A stretch of 64,000 nucleotides of DNA from Psammoneis japonica. Lineage: Eukaryota. Under the pieces are notes generated by a model, which did not search any database, had not been told where the DNA came from, and saw only the letters and a list, made by a program, of their open reading frames with translations. How positions within the stretch are numbered: the stretch's first letter is position 1; each line of letters begins with the position of its first letter. The stretch lies in NCBI GenBank assembly GCA_008632985.1, contig QPGO01000157.1, positions 1-64,000 on the forward strand, written 5' to 3'. The translations under genes were made by a program, and so were the position numbers. Shown here piece by piece: positions 1-11,854 of the stretch.

Positions 1-1449
1 AAAAGCAATCGAAAGATTTGTTGGTGTTTGTGCATGCTCCTCGAGTGCAGACTTTTGCTTCAAGGGCAGGGTCTGGTGAGGCAGGCACCAGACGTGCTCT
101 CGCCACTCTGACATTTCCACAAGAGAAACGACTCATTTTACATGTCTCATGTCAGATCAGTCAGCACAGCAGTTGATTGAAGGACCACAAATCTGACTGA
201 CAATGACTGAGCACTGGAGCAGACAACATCAGGCAACAAAAGGCCTGTGTGTGACACGGAAGAGCAGGCGGGTCAAGCAGCAGCAGCAGGATGGCGGCAC
301 ACACCTTGGAGCCCACTGAAGATCACAAATCACCTGTCCAACACTCACTTTGTCAACATGTTGTGACCCATGCCCAACAGTTTTTTTGTCAGGGGCTGTG
401 CTTGACAGGCGGGAACTTTCGGCGCAGTGATTTTTGTGTGGCTTTGCGCCATCTTGTCATGATGGACAGTGAATTCAGGCCAATGAGCACTTCACATGCC
501 AAGACCTGGTTGATCCAATTTGAGGGGTGACAGCAATTTGCCCAAGCAGCATTGCAAAAGGTGTTGTGAGAGTTGTTTCAAGAAATGAACATGTGCTGTG
601 TGCCACAGGAGTGAGTCCCCACATTTGCTCCACTTGTGGCCTGCTGGACACAGCAACTGCTTCCCAGCCACTCAACCTCCTGTTGCCATCATGCCACAAA
701 TGCTTGCCAAAACCATGCATCAATCTGTTGACCCATTGCACATTGCAGCAGTCACCTCTTTCCTTTGCCATTGCATTTGGTGTCCTGCTCCCACTCTTCC
801 ATGGACAAGCAGACTGAGAGCTCCAAACACACACCCAAATTGTTTGCAGCTTCTGCATTGGACAGCTGCCCAGAGAGTGTGCACATGCTTGATGACAATG
901 TCACCTCCCTTCAACAACAAGCTCCCCATGACATGTGAGTCCTCCAAAAGTCAAGAACATGTCAGATTGTTCCAAGCTGGACCTGCTCAACCAATCTGGA
1001 TGTGATGCCTCCAGTGGACAATGACATGGTGGGAAAAACAAACCATGGTGCAGAGAGGACAACAAGTTCAGGGCATGCACTAAACTCAAGCACTCGGCAT
1101 GCAACATTGCTGCCAAAACAAGGACACCTTCCTCAAGACCACCCAGGCCATCGCTGAGCACAACATTGGTTGGGAGCATGATGATGTGGGTGTGATGACA
1201 ACTGGCATGGCAGAGTTGAGACTCCCAGCCCTCATGCCCCCCCCACAACACAGTTGCAACGGCCACCATGGCTGAGAAGGCAGAGCATTAGAAGGTTGCC
1301 CTCAGAATCCACCATGGAGTCCACCATGATGACAGCATCAAGATGCACCACACCAACTTTTCCAATTAATTTGCCTTGACTCTTGGGCAGTGCTCACAAG
1401 ACCTGTGAAACAGGGCAAAATCATGTCCAGACTGGGCCACTGTTAAAAC

Positions 1450-2780
1450 AAAAATTCAGATTTGACAGCACTCCCACGTGCCTCATTTAAACTCATTGCA
1501 TGGCACAATGCCAGACAAGGCATTGCCCAGAGCACACCATCATTGAGACAGAGACTGCCACACTGTCATTCAAACTGGGCAGACCGTGTCAACCAGCAAA
1601 TGTTTTTGGAAAAGTTTGAAGACTCAGAGATTCTTGGTGGCAAGACTGGGCATCAGGAACTGTGAGTCACCATTGGCACCATCTCTGGCAGATGTGGCAG
1701 CAGATGCTGACATGCCCACAAATGTTGAGCAGGACCAAGCCTGCCAACAGGTTCTCAATCAACAGCAAGAACAAGTGCAGCATGGCAACCCAGCATGCGG
1801 CATTAAGAACAAGAATGCCAGTGGTGCTGACAAACATCCTGCAGCTTTTGATGTGGCCTGTGACTTCCGAGCAAGTTTCAACAAAGCCCCACATCAGCTG
1901 GCGCCAGCACCCCATGTCAATCAGCAAGAATTGACCTTCACCACAGATGGCAACAGGGCTGGATGTGGCAGTGGACACAGGAGCAGTGGTTGAGGATGCA
2001 GTGGTCATGGNCATGGTGGGGATGGACACAGGATCAGATCCAAGGAAGACACCCTCTGAGGCAACCCAAATGCCCACGCTGATCAACCAGCACCCAGTGT
2101 GGCAGATGGTGCCATGGACAAGACACAAGACTCAGGATGATCAAGGCAGGAGGGGTCCAATTCCCACTGGACAGCTCCTGTGACCCCCCAGAAAACTCCA
2201 TTGAAGGCCACTTGCTTGATCTAGATGAATGCTGCCAACTGCACTTGGGTCAATGACCCTCAAGATTCAAAGGCTGAAGACCTCACAGTGACTCAACAGC
2301 TGCTCCACAGTGTGTCTGGCATCAAACAAGAAGCCAATCCACAGTGCACATGCTGTCCCTGTGATGCACAAGGACTCTGCATGCACATGTTTGCAAACCA
2401 AGCAGATGCTGTCAAGAGTGAGTGCAGCAAGCATGCAGTGCAGGATGCTGCCATTGCTGGAAGAGCAATGGACATCATCATGCACCTGAGTGACCAGACC
2501 CACAACAAGATCATCCAGTCAAACAGACTCTTCAATTGATCAGTCCCAACATTGCTTTGCTCAAGGGCAAGACTCCTCATCAACAAGGCATGCGCATGTG
2601 TCTGGGGCTGCAGAGCCCATTTGCTGGTCTGTCACTGAGTGCAATCCTGAACCCAGCCCCCCATGTGATGTCATTTTGTCAACAAGCTCGCGTTCTAGAT
2701 CATGTTGTGCAAATTCCTCAAGTTTGGAATGGCGGTCAACCTGCCAAATGGACAACTGTTGCAAGATTTTTCTCTGCGGG
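1450..2780 (+). mobile_element. Degenerate Ty1/Copia (diatom CoDi-like) gag-pol remnant
   Basis: Broken frames read FLEKFEDSEILGGKTGH, KNKNASGADKHPAAFDVAC (cf. LxNxYxxGxDxYPxTLxxAY), a decayed Gly/Arg-rich tract, AVKSECSKHAVQDA, KIIQSNRLFN and SPNIALLKGKT (cf. GPNIxSLKGKT), in the order I recall for CoDi elements. Confidence 0.55.
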
Positions 2781-2855
2781 GTCCAGTGATGTGAAAAACT
2801 GCTGGCAACAAAGACACCAGTGTGCAGGAGGCACTTCTAGCAGCTGCCACGTCAT

Positions 2856-3054
2856 TGGATGCTTGTGGCTAATGTTCTTGAATCGTTTGCAGTTGCAATC
2901 ACCCACCTGGCATGGAATGCCAGCTGCGCACGTGCTCGCAGTTGTTTTGTGTTGGCATTGAAAATGTCTTCCCAGAGAGCATGCACACAGTCTATCTGGA
3001 GATGTCTTGGGACAACCTCATGCATCAATCTCGAGGGACAAGAAAGCAGTTGAA
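2856..3054. repeat. Dispersed ~200 bp repeat, hypermutated copy (inverted homolog at 40418-40598)
   Basis: tggatgcttgtggctaatgttcttgaatcgtttgcagttgcaatc... aligns with the reverse complement of 40418-40598. Confidence 0.9.
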
Positions 3055-3559
3055 GCTCAGCCACCACATGCTCTTGATGCCAGCACCTCACATTCACAGA
3101 TGAACGTTTCAAGAGCCACCTTTTGGCTGAAGTGCTTCAAGCCCGCACGAGCATGTCCACGAGTGGCAACGTTGGACAAGCGTCACAAGTTTCCAGAATG
3201 GTGAATCAAGTTGGACAGTCCATGTGCGACAGCCCATTACGTGATGGATTCCATTGCCATGAATGTTGAGTCGTCCTTGCCGCCATCAGATTGCCAGATT
3301 GTGGAATGGCCAAGTTCTGTCATCGGCAATGTTTAACTCCAGTGGCCCACTCAGCCACCCCCTCTTATTTTCGCGCAGTTCAGAAAAAAATCTTACATGT
3401 GCATCCCTCAGTCACCACGAACACAGCTTGCATTATCGTTGAAGAGAATGCTGATCGTATGAGCGGTTCTTGGTTGAGAGAAACATGAATCAATCGAAAT
3501 AAATTTTCGCCCGCCCATCCACCACATCGGCCCGCCCAGCCATCGCCCGCGCGCTTCGG

Positions 3560-6370
3560 GTTGTTTCAAAGTGTCTCCTTCAGTCACGAATAACGGGTAT
3601 ATTTCATTGCTTAAATGTTGTTTTTGGCGATCGGACATTTTGGCAACAGTTGTCTGGTATGATATTCTCGCACATTTCTACGATGAACCCGATGTCACAA
3701 AAAATCAAACCCACCGGTTTCAAACAAGATCTCTTTACGCAAAAACCACACAATCTCATGATGCTTTCAATCACGTCCACAATGTCCAAACAAACAATGA
3801 GATACAACCTTTCTTCCCGCACCGTTCCAATGGAGAGCATGGGGCGTGCTCGCATGAGCGTCGGCGACAAACGCAGCAGGCTGTTGACCGAAGACGAGGT
3901 TTCCCGCGACATGAAGCTTTCGACAAGCGGACGTCCTTCGAAACGTCTCCAATGGCAGTCATCGGTTCAGTTGAGCGTCATTCTAAGCAAACACGATACC
4001 TCCGATGTGTGCTTGCTAGGACGAATTGACAAGCATTAATGCATCCTCAACAACATCCGAGCATGAATCACGACAAGGCATTTCGAAACCATCTCGTCTG
4101 GAAGTTCAGCCGGAGCTTTCAGACTGGTCACCGATATACTTGGGTTCAGACGAATCGTCATCGCTACTCCGATGTTACAATGAGCACTCTCAGCACGATC
4201 ACTTTGCAAGTGTTGTGCAACAGATTGCCAGCCAGTCTTCAAGCGAATGCCTGTTCATCGATCCGAGTTCTGGTCACAAGAGGAGGTTGCGGCACACATA
4301 CAGTACGGATCTTGGTTCACGCAAACGTCGTCGGACTTCCTACAAGCAAGATGATGAGGTCGTTCTTGTTCGTTCCAGTCACGAGGAGACTTGTGACAAC
4401 GGAAACAGTCATCTGGCATTCGGCTGGGGTCGCCCAAAGCCTTGCTCGTGTGTGAACCACACTTGCTTTCCTCGCACGCGTCGAGACCTCCGCCAAAAGA
4501 CTATCCGCGCCCCAAGAAAATGTCGCATGGACGAGCACTCAAAGCCTGATCATTTATTGTACCTCATGGAGAAGTTACCTGTTCAAGGATCTTCGAATGA
4601 ACGTTTCATCGACGCCTTCTCCGGCGAAAAAAGGAAGTATCAGCACAGAGTGTTGGGTTCTCGGAAACGGCGCCTAATCACACGTGATCAAGATGACGTA
4701 TGCGGTGGTATTGGCCTCAGCGCTAGTCCCGAGGAGAGAAGTCAGAGAGTAAGTCATTTTATCATTTGTATTATCACTCCTTTTCATTGACAATTGACTA
4801 AAACCTATTTCTACTTCTACTTTACTCTCTACAATCACAGCTTGCACCTGATACATCAATTCAACACGAGACATCTTCCATTGCGTCTGTTGCAGCAGAG
4901 AATCCTCTCGATGCGATTCTTTTAGATGATGATCACGTCCAAGAGGTGACGGTTCCTGCAGTGGCGAGTACGGTGCAAGATGACCCTTCCGATTTCGACG
5001 CGTTTGGTCCAGATCAACACAATGACTTGCATGAAGTGTTGATTGGTGAACAACAATTGGAAGGGTCTTACTTACCTGCTTCGGACAAGGATGGTCCCTT
5101 CCACAATATGGCATCAGCATGGCGGTGCCTTCGGCGTGCGAGGTTCCGTCTGACGATGAGGCTTCCGTTCCAAACCAACACAATGGCGTGCCTGAAGCCT
5201 TGGGAGAAGATCGAGAAGAAGAAGGGTATGTCGAAGTGCGGGAATCCCTCACTGCGGATCACCGTGCTTTTGATAGCGACGATCCTATCCACGAGACGGC
5301 GTCAGCAGTGGTAGCACCTTCGCCACAAGAGATCCCTTCCGACGAAGGCAATGAGCGCATTCCAGACCAGCACGTTGGTGGAGACGGGTTGATGGTGGAG
5401 ACGGAACAGGCAGAAGATCAGCACGCTATTTCACCTACATCCCTCATTACGGATTCCGTCATTCCAAGGCGGTCTGCTCGGCTTAGAGAAGCTTTGGGAA
5501 GCGTGTATGTCCTCTCTGCTGATGGGAGAACTGTTCGAAGGTCCGCTAGAATCTTGAACCGGCGATATGGCACCGTGGGGTAGTTCGAGTGCTTGAGGGA
5601 ACGAAGAAAAACATGGGAAGAGAGAAAAGTGGCAATTGAAGATAGAAAGAAAGGAGCGGGAGTTAGAGAAAGGGAGTGGAGTATTTAGAAAAGAGAGAAA
5701 AGGAATCGGGGAAATGGCGAGGCGGGACGAAGACTGGGTTCGGAAAGGACTGTAGGTAGTAACACTCACACTTGCTTTTGTTTGCTTTGCCAGTTCCAAA
5801 GGGAAGAATTGAGTCTGGCGGCGGGTTTTCTGACCATTTGCTGGATCCGTGTGTATGAATCATCATGGTGCAGTTGCTTTTGTGATCGTGTCGATCGGTA
5901 AGTCTCGGGTGAGCAGCGATATTCTATCGAGTACAGAATCTTCGTGGCGCCTGCAGTTCGGCCCATATTACACACAACACGTACCTTTACATTCAACATA
6001 ACGGATTCAGCTTTGTGGGGGATTGAAAACTCAAAGCCCGATTCGATGATTCCTTTTTGGGCCTGAACAAGCACAATTGGCCGTGGACAGTGTGCTGCTT
6101 GCACCGTAGACGGATTCAGCATTGGTTTTGCGTGAAGTACTTGATGACTTTGAATAACTCTACTAGTCGGGAAGTTTTCTGTTGTGGTTTCAAGTAGTCT
6201 GTGAATGTGTTAGGATATTAGGCACATGGCGAGTTTTGAAGCTAACTGTTTTTCGAATACATGATGAAAGCTCGTACCTTTATACTCATTCTGTAGGGTT
6301 TGTTTATTCAGCGTGTAGTCCAACAAGCATCAACTTTGTCCAACAGTTCTCGCCTTTTGTAGTTTATGTA
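3560..6370 (+). repeat. ~2.8 kb dispersed duplicated segment, copy 1 (inverted copy at ~40840-43640)
   Basis: Continuous high similarity to the reverse complement of 40840-43640, including shared peptides such as MRYNLSSRTVPMESMGRARM and LGSVYVLSADGRTVRRSARILNRR. Confidence 0.95.
3758..5583 (+). pseudogene. Frameshifted copy of the two-exon orphan gene (basic N-half, acidic C-half, RRSARI tail); intron 4749-4840
   Basis: Peptide matches the intact copy at 41643-43428 but changes frame near 4020 and near 5118. GTAAGT donor at 4749, CACAG acceptor at 4840. Confidence 0.8.
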
Positions 6371-7443
6371 GTTCGATCTTATTGGTCGCTGCTCCCACTT
6401 ACTGCATCGAAATTGACGAGAGTCGGGAACCCTTTGCAAATGAACACTAACGACTCTTCAGAGCGAGATCAATCGTCTTGACCGCAGAGATAGCATGTAA
6501 TGAGACTGGTAGCGATTAGTGGCGTATGGCTGCGGATAATCTGTGTGAATGTGTTATGAAATTAGGCATATGGCGAGTTTTGAAGCTAATCGTTTTTCAA
6601 ATACATGATGAAAGCTCGTACCTTTACACTCATTCTGTAGGGTTTGTTTATTCAGCGTGTTGTCCACCGATTCAGCATTGGTTTTGCGTGAAGTACTTGA
6701 TGACTTTTAATAACTCTACTAGTCGGGAAGTTTTCTGTTGTGGTTTCAAGTAGTCTGTGAATGTGTTAGGATATTAGGCACATGGCGAGTTTTGAAGCTA
6801 ACTGTTTTTCGAATACATGATGAAAGCTCGTACCTTTATACTCATTCTGTAGGGTTTGTTTATTCAGCGTGTAGTCCAACAAGCATCAACTTTGTCCAAC
6901 AGTTCTCGCCTTTTGTAGTTTATGTAGTTCGATCTTATTGGTCGCTGCTCCCACCTACTGCATCGAAATTGACGAGAGTCGGGAACCCTTTGCAAATGAA
7001 CACTAACGACTCTTCAGAGCGAGATCAATCGTCTTGACCGCAGAGATAGCATGTAATGAGACTGGTAGCGATTAGTGGCGTATGGCTGCGGATAATCTGT
7101 GTGAATGTGTTATGAAATTAGGCATATGGCGAGTTTTGAAGCTAATCGTTTTTCAAATACATGATGAAAGCTCGTACCTTTACACTCATTCTATCTGTAG
7201 GGTTTGTTTATTCAGCGTGTTGTCCAACAAGCATCAACTTTGTCCAACAGTTCTCGCCTTTTGCAATTTTGGTAGTGCGATCTTATTGGTCGCTGCTCTT
7301 ACCTACTGCATCGTAATTGACGAGAGTCGGGAATCCTTGGCAATTAACACTCACGACTCTTCAGAGGGAGATCAATCGTCTTGACCGCAGAGATAGCATG
7401 TAATGAGACAGGTAGCGATAAGTGGCGTATGGCTGCGGATAAT
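6113..7443. repeat. Higher-order tandem repeat: 556 bp duplication built from ~345 bp subunits
   Basis: gattcagcattggttttgcgtgaagtac recurs at 6113 and 6669. The subunit starting tgtgaatgtgtta...ggcgagttttgaagctaa occurs at ~6198, 6541 (partial), 6754 and 7097. Confidence 0.95.
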
Positions 7444-8158
7444 CTCCAAAAAAATTGAAGCCCATCAAAAGCACCTTCTCCGTCTAGCCATTAGTTGTAG
7501 GTGAACCGTGATGGATATCCTTTAATGACATTGACAATACCGTCAGATCTACAGCCTCTCGCTCGCTCGCTCGAGAGAAGCTATGAGAGCTGCGTGCTGC
7601 TTGTTGTGCCCACGTTACGTCGGAATGAATTGGCAGTGCTGTCCGTTCCTGTTAAGTGTGCACGATCACGGTGACGCCCAGACTGGAAGAGCTTGTTCAG
7701 CATCGTTCGTGTAAAAACCCGAGATTCCTTTTCTAGGTATGTGCCGGGTACTAAGTACTAAGTCTCATCAGAGAAATCTGGTTGCGGACGGCATGATACT
7801 GTTTTATTATGATGGAACTCAGATTGGGAGGAAGTGATATGGATCGAACTAGACGTCCACTGGAGGCTCTGGACGTGAGCTTGACACCACCCATCCGTTG
7901 AAAACAGTCATTTACAGCCGCAGTACAGAGTACAGGGCGCTCCATCAAACGAGCGTTCCTGAAGCGTGCCAGATGATTCCAACGAGAAAAGTCATCTGTT
8001 CTACTATCAGGGGATACAGAACCAACTGTAAGGGACCGTATCCGTCGAGAGACACAAGAATTGGGCTCAGTCGTGGTCAAACGCAAAGTGCCGGTGCCGG
8101 ATGCATGGCGACTTGAGTCGAGACGTCAGGTCAACGAGGGTGGTTTCGTCGTCAATTG

Positions 8159-8537
8159 NNNNNNNNNNNNNNNNNNNNNNNNNNNNNNNNNNNNNNNNNN
8201 NNNNNNNNNNNNNNNNNNNNNNNNNNNNNNNNNNNNNNNNNNNNNNNNNNNNNNNNNNNNNNNNNNNNNNNNNNNNNNNNNNNNNNNNNNNNNNNNNNNN
8301 NNNNNNNNNNNNNNNNNNNNNNNNNNNNNNNNNNNNNNNNNNNNNNNNNNNNNNNNNNNNNNNNNNNNNNNNNNNNNNNNNNNNNNNNNNNNNNNNNNNN
8401 NNNNNNNNNNNNNNNNNNNNNNNNNNNNNNNNNNNNNNNNNNNNNNNNNNNNNNNNNNNNNNNNNNNNNNNNNNNNNNNNNNNNNNNNNNNNNNNNNNNN
8501 NNNNNNNNNNNNNNNNNNNNNNNNNNNNNNNNNNNNN
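8159..8537. other. Assembly gap (N run); single Ns also at 2011, 38118 and 49706
   Basis: Run of n characters. Confidence 1.
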
Positions 8538-10290
8538 AGCACACAAAATCCCTTTCCACATTCAAAACACATCGTTTTCGTTGATTGCCATGGTTGCTTT
8601 GTTCAGCAGAAAAAGGTGAGTCGATCGTCTCGTTGTCGTTGCGAATTAGATCTGCTGGAGTTAAGTCATTGAATGTCGTCCGCACACGATTACCATGTAG
8701 ACCTGAAGGCTTGGGTCCTTGACGGTTTTCCTCTGTGCGTTTGATTGCGTATATCTTTGGAAGTCGGTTCGAGGCGAAATGACGATTGCCTGTCAGAGTA
8801 GTCCGTGGTTCCGACGGAGATACACCACGATTGCCAGCAAACTCGCTTCTTGCGTGTACGCTGAATGCTTGTAAACGTCCAATACGGCAGTAACCCGGTG
8901 CCAACCAACGCACTTTTTAGTGCAACGGTTGTTTAAGCAGGAACCATATGAGGGCCAGCCTCTGCTTTCTTTTTTGAATGCATGCTGAACGCCTGTAGAC
9001 GTCGTGGACTAAGACGGTGTGCTTGATAACCCCGAAGGGCAGCCTTTTTCGTGAAGGTTGTAAGGTGGTTCAGACCGCTTGAGTTGCTCATTGAGCATCT
9101 CATATCTGATCCCCCGTAGGTTTAATACTCCTATGGGTCGCCGGCCCGTTATATCAGCTATATTCTCCACGTCCCACAGCGTTTGAAGATCTGTTTTGTT
9201 GCGTTTGCGATTGCGACCGTCTCGCTGAGTGATACTGTATAACTCACACTCTTTTTTCAGAATTGATCTCTATCATTTTGAGGAGAAGATATGCATTTGC
9301 AGTCGCATCTACGTTTGCTAGTGATATTGAAAGGACAGTAGCGTTCTCATGACTCTCTTTAATGTGGTCATCCCATGTCGTCTGCAAGAATACATGGCGT
9401 TTAGTCAGATCGACAAGGGTTTTCCACGTGTACATCCAAGTATCTGTCATTCGTTTCACTCGGTTTGAGACGTGATACCGAAAGCATATCTACATCCGAT
9501 CCTTTTCTAATCCAAGCAGCAGATGGCGTTCTTATGCAACGGCCGCGTCTCTGGCCCTTGGCGGTTGACGTGTTCCCCGACAAATATCCTTCTCGCGACA
9601 CTCCTACAAATGACGCGACTCTCTGAGCCTTGGTGGCTACTTTGTTTGAAACTAGAGAGATAATATAATCGAGAATGCCGCCCAATCGCTCCATCCATTT
9701 TATGTAAAAGCGGTTCTGTGTTGCGAGCAGTCGACCCAAGTGCGTTCTCCAAGACACAGCAGTCACTTTGATCAATTTCACTAAGCACTCGCATTATCAC
9801 GGCCGCCGCCCCAATCCCATTCACCGTGATCGCCCCTTCTTCTCGTGGCTCCTTGCATAACAAAACAGATCGTTTTCGAAATTGCAGAGGGCTGCACCAT
9901 TTGCTGCGTAGGTAAAAGACGCTATACAACGAAGGAGGCGATGCGGTGGACGTAGCGAAGCACTGCCTCCCTCGTTTGAGCTATCAACGCGCTTTGCGGG
10001 TCGACTTCAGTAGCCCTGAAACAATCCCTTATACTGTAACTTGACTGGCGAGCAATGCTACAACCCCTTTTTGCACTTCGGACACTAGACCGATTTAAAT
10101 GCATCTTCTAGCTACAAGCATTTCAAACGGTTTAACATACTTGCAAGCATCCCGATTCTACCATAGAGAAGTTGTATTCATACAACATGCCAGTAAACCT
10201 TTTAGCTATTTAGTAGTCTACAACAAGAAAAAATACAATGTTGAGTGTGTGAGAGAGAGATGTAATAAACGAGTCAGATTGAGTTCCTAA

Positions 10291-10735
10291 CTACGCACCT
10301 GGAATACCGGGACCAATGCCTGCTCCCGTGGCTTTTTTCGTCAAACATCCTCTGCTTATCCTCTTCGCTCATCTCAGTCGGAATTTCCGTCACTAGTAGG
10401 CCTTCAGTTGTGAGAACCAATCCAGCCACACTGGCCGAGTTTTCAATGGCGTTAATAGTCACCTTGGCTGGGTTTATGACACCTCTCTCCATGAAGTCGC
10501 AGCATTCAAGGGTGGCAGCATCCCAGCACCAACCAAACTGCAAGGACAAAGGATAACGAGAAGATTCCGTGAGGATGCCTCATAACAATACTAGAGGGCG
10601 GCCGGATACAAAGACAACTTACTCCCTTTTCTTCCGTAAGAGATTGAATCTTGGCTAGAACCACGGCTCCTTCGATACCTGCATTCTCTGCAACTTGCAT
10701 GGCAGAAGCCGACAATGCCTTGAAGAGAATCAAGG
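10291..10735 (-). pseudogene. cpn60: Chaperonin 60 (GroEL/Hsp60) C-terminal fragment with retained intron 10538-10622
   Basis: KALSASAMQVAENAGIEGAVVLAKI ... GVINPAKVTINAIENSASVAGLVLTTE matches the GroEL C-terminus. GTAAGT/TTGCAG intron. Frameshift before the GAGIGPGIPGA* tail. No upstream cpn60 sequence. Confidence 0.85.
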
Positions 10736-10769
10736 TAGGGAATAGACTTCTTTGCCGAAAGTCAAAGTA

Positions 10770-11303
10770 GTCCGGGACATTAGCGTTTGCTGGTTGGTCC
10801 GAGCAGCTGCCTGGATGAGACGCGCTGTTGAGGGGAAGACTGCTCTTCCAGTCGGCAAAGCAATTGGCAAGACCTGCGTCAAAGCCGTTGAGAAGTAGGC
10901 TTCACGGTAATTCTGGCATTCGCCGACACAGTGAGTCCCTCATCTGAAATTACAATAGATACCAAGTCTTGAGGGCCCGCAGTTCTCACCAATTTGACGG
11001 ACCTGAGAACAGTATTGCAAAAAGACGAAATAGCTAACTGCAGGGGCGGATCGCCTTTGCAATAGTGCCGCCGAACGTCCCAGCAGTGGGCTTTTGTGCC
11101 TAATTGAGGCGCAGCAAGCTCCACCCGCATACGATGCTAACGTTCGGCTCGATTATGAACAAGCAATTCAACCAGCGCCGCAACCGCGGCTCTCGGTCTA
11201 CCAAAGTAACTTTGTGGCCGGCAAGAAGAATCTCTGTTGCCAAGAGGGATCCATAGGAAGCACCGAGTATCAATACATTGTACAATGTGACATCATGTTC
11301 CAA
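10770..11303 (-). pseudogene. Fragment of an NAD(P)-binding Rossmann-fold (ketopantoate-reductase-like) gene
   Basis: YNVLILGASYGSLLATEILLAGHKVTLV is a clear beta-alpha-beta dinucleotide-binding start. The ORF collapses after ~40 codons, so the downstream extent is uncertain. Confidence 0.5.
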
Positions 11304-11854
11304 GGTGGCGTGTCATCGTCTTTGACAATCTCTGCTGGAAAGAGCATTTACTCGACCTAATACTGTATCATACCGGTAGTCCCAATAGTCCCTTGGAGTT
11401 TCAGGTGAGGTTATCTTACAGCAAGATTAATGCTTTTCTCTTCATCGGATCTATTTTGCATTCGCCGTTACGTGTTTGAATGAGTTGTTGAAGTTGTTGT
11501 TGCTCCATTTCTCATACCGCCATCGGCCATTGTGAATTGCGAAGACATCGACAGCATCGTCGTTCGACTAAATCAATGTTACAATCAATAATCATATGCT
11601 TCCTGCGGTAGTGTATAGAACGAGTGCACTACGTATCGTGTGCCAAATCGTTATCGTTACAGCGTTGCACTCGCCATTGAGGTGCATCCTTTGGACGCTG
11701 AGAATAAAGTGCCGATCGACAAATCAGCGAACGACGGTCAGTACATACACGATGAAGAAAAACACCGCACCGCATGTGACAAATAATACGGTTACAAGTA
11801 TTACACTTTGAAGCACCATCATACCTGGTAACCTTACACCGTCAGAACCGAACA

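Larger units (their letters stand above)
1..3360. other. CpG/TpA-depleted, TG/CA-rich hypermutated domain 1 (continues off the left edge)
   Basis: Almost no TA and few CG by inspection. Six-frame translations are nearly Tyr-free and Cys/His-rich. Normal composition resumes at ~3360-3600. Confidence 0.9.

Noticed and set aside
6113..7443. Repeated 99 aa and 75-100 aa ORFs, or a CRISPR-like array
   Set aside because: Long tandem duplication with no unique spacers or cas genes in a eukaryotic context; the ORFs lack coding features.
8061..8913. ORFs spanning the N run
   Set aside because: Artefacts of the assembly gap.
9244..9930. Protein-like minus-strand fragments (possibly ARM-repeat)
   Set aside because: Broken frames and no motif I can identify with confidence.
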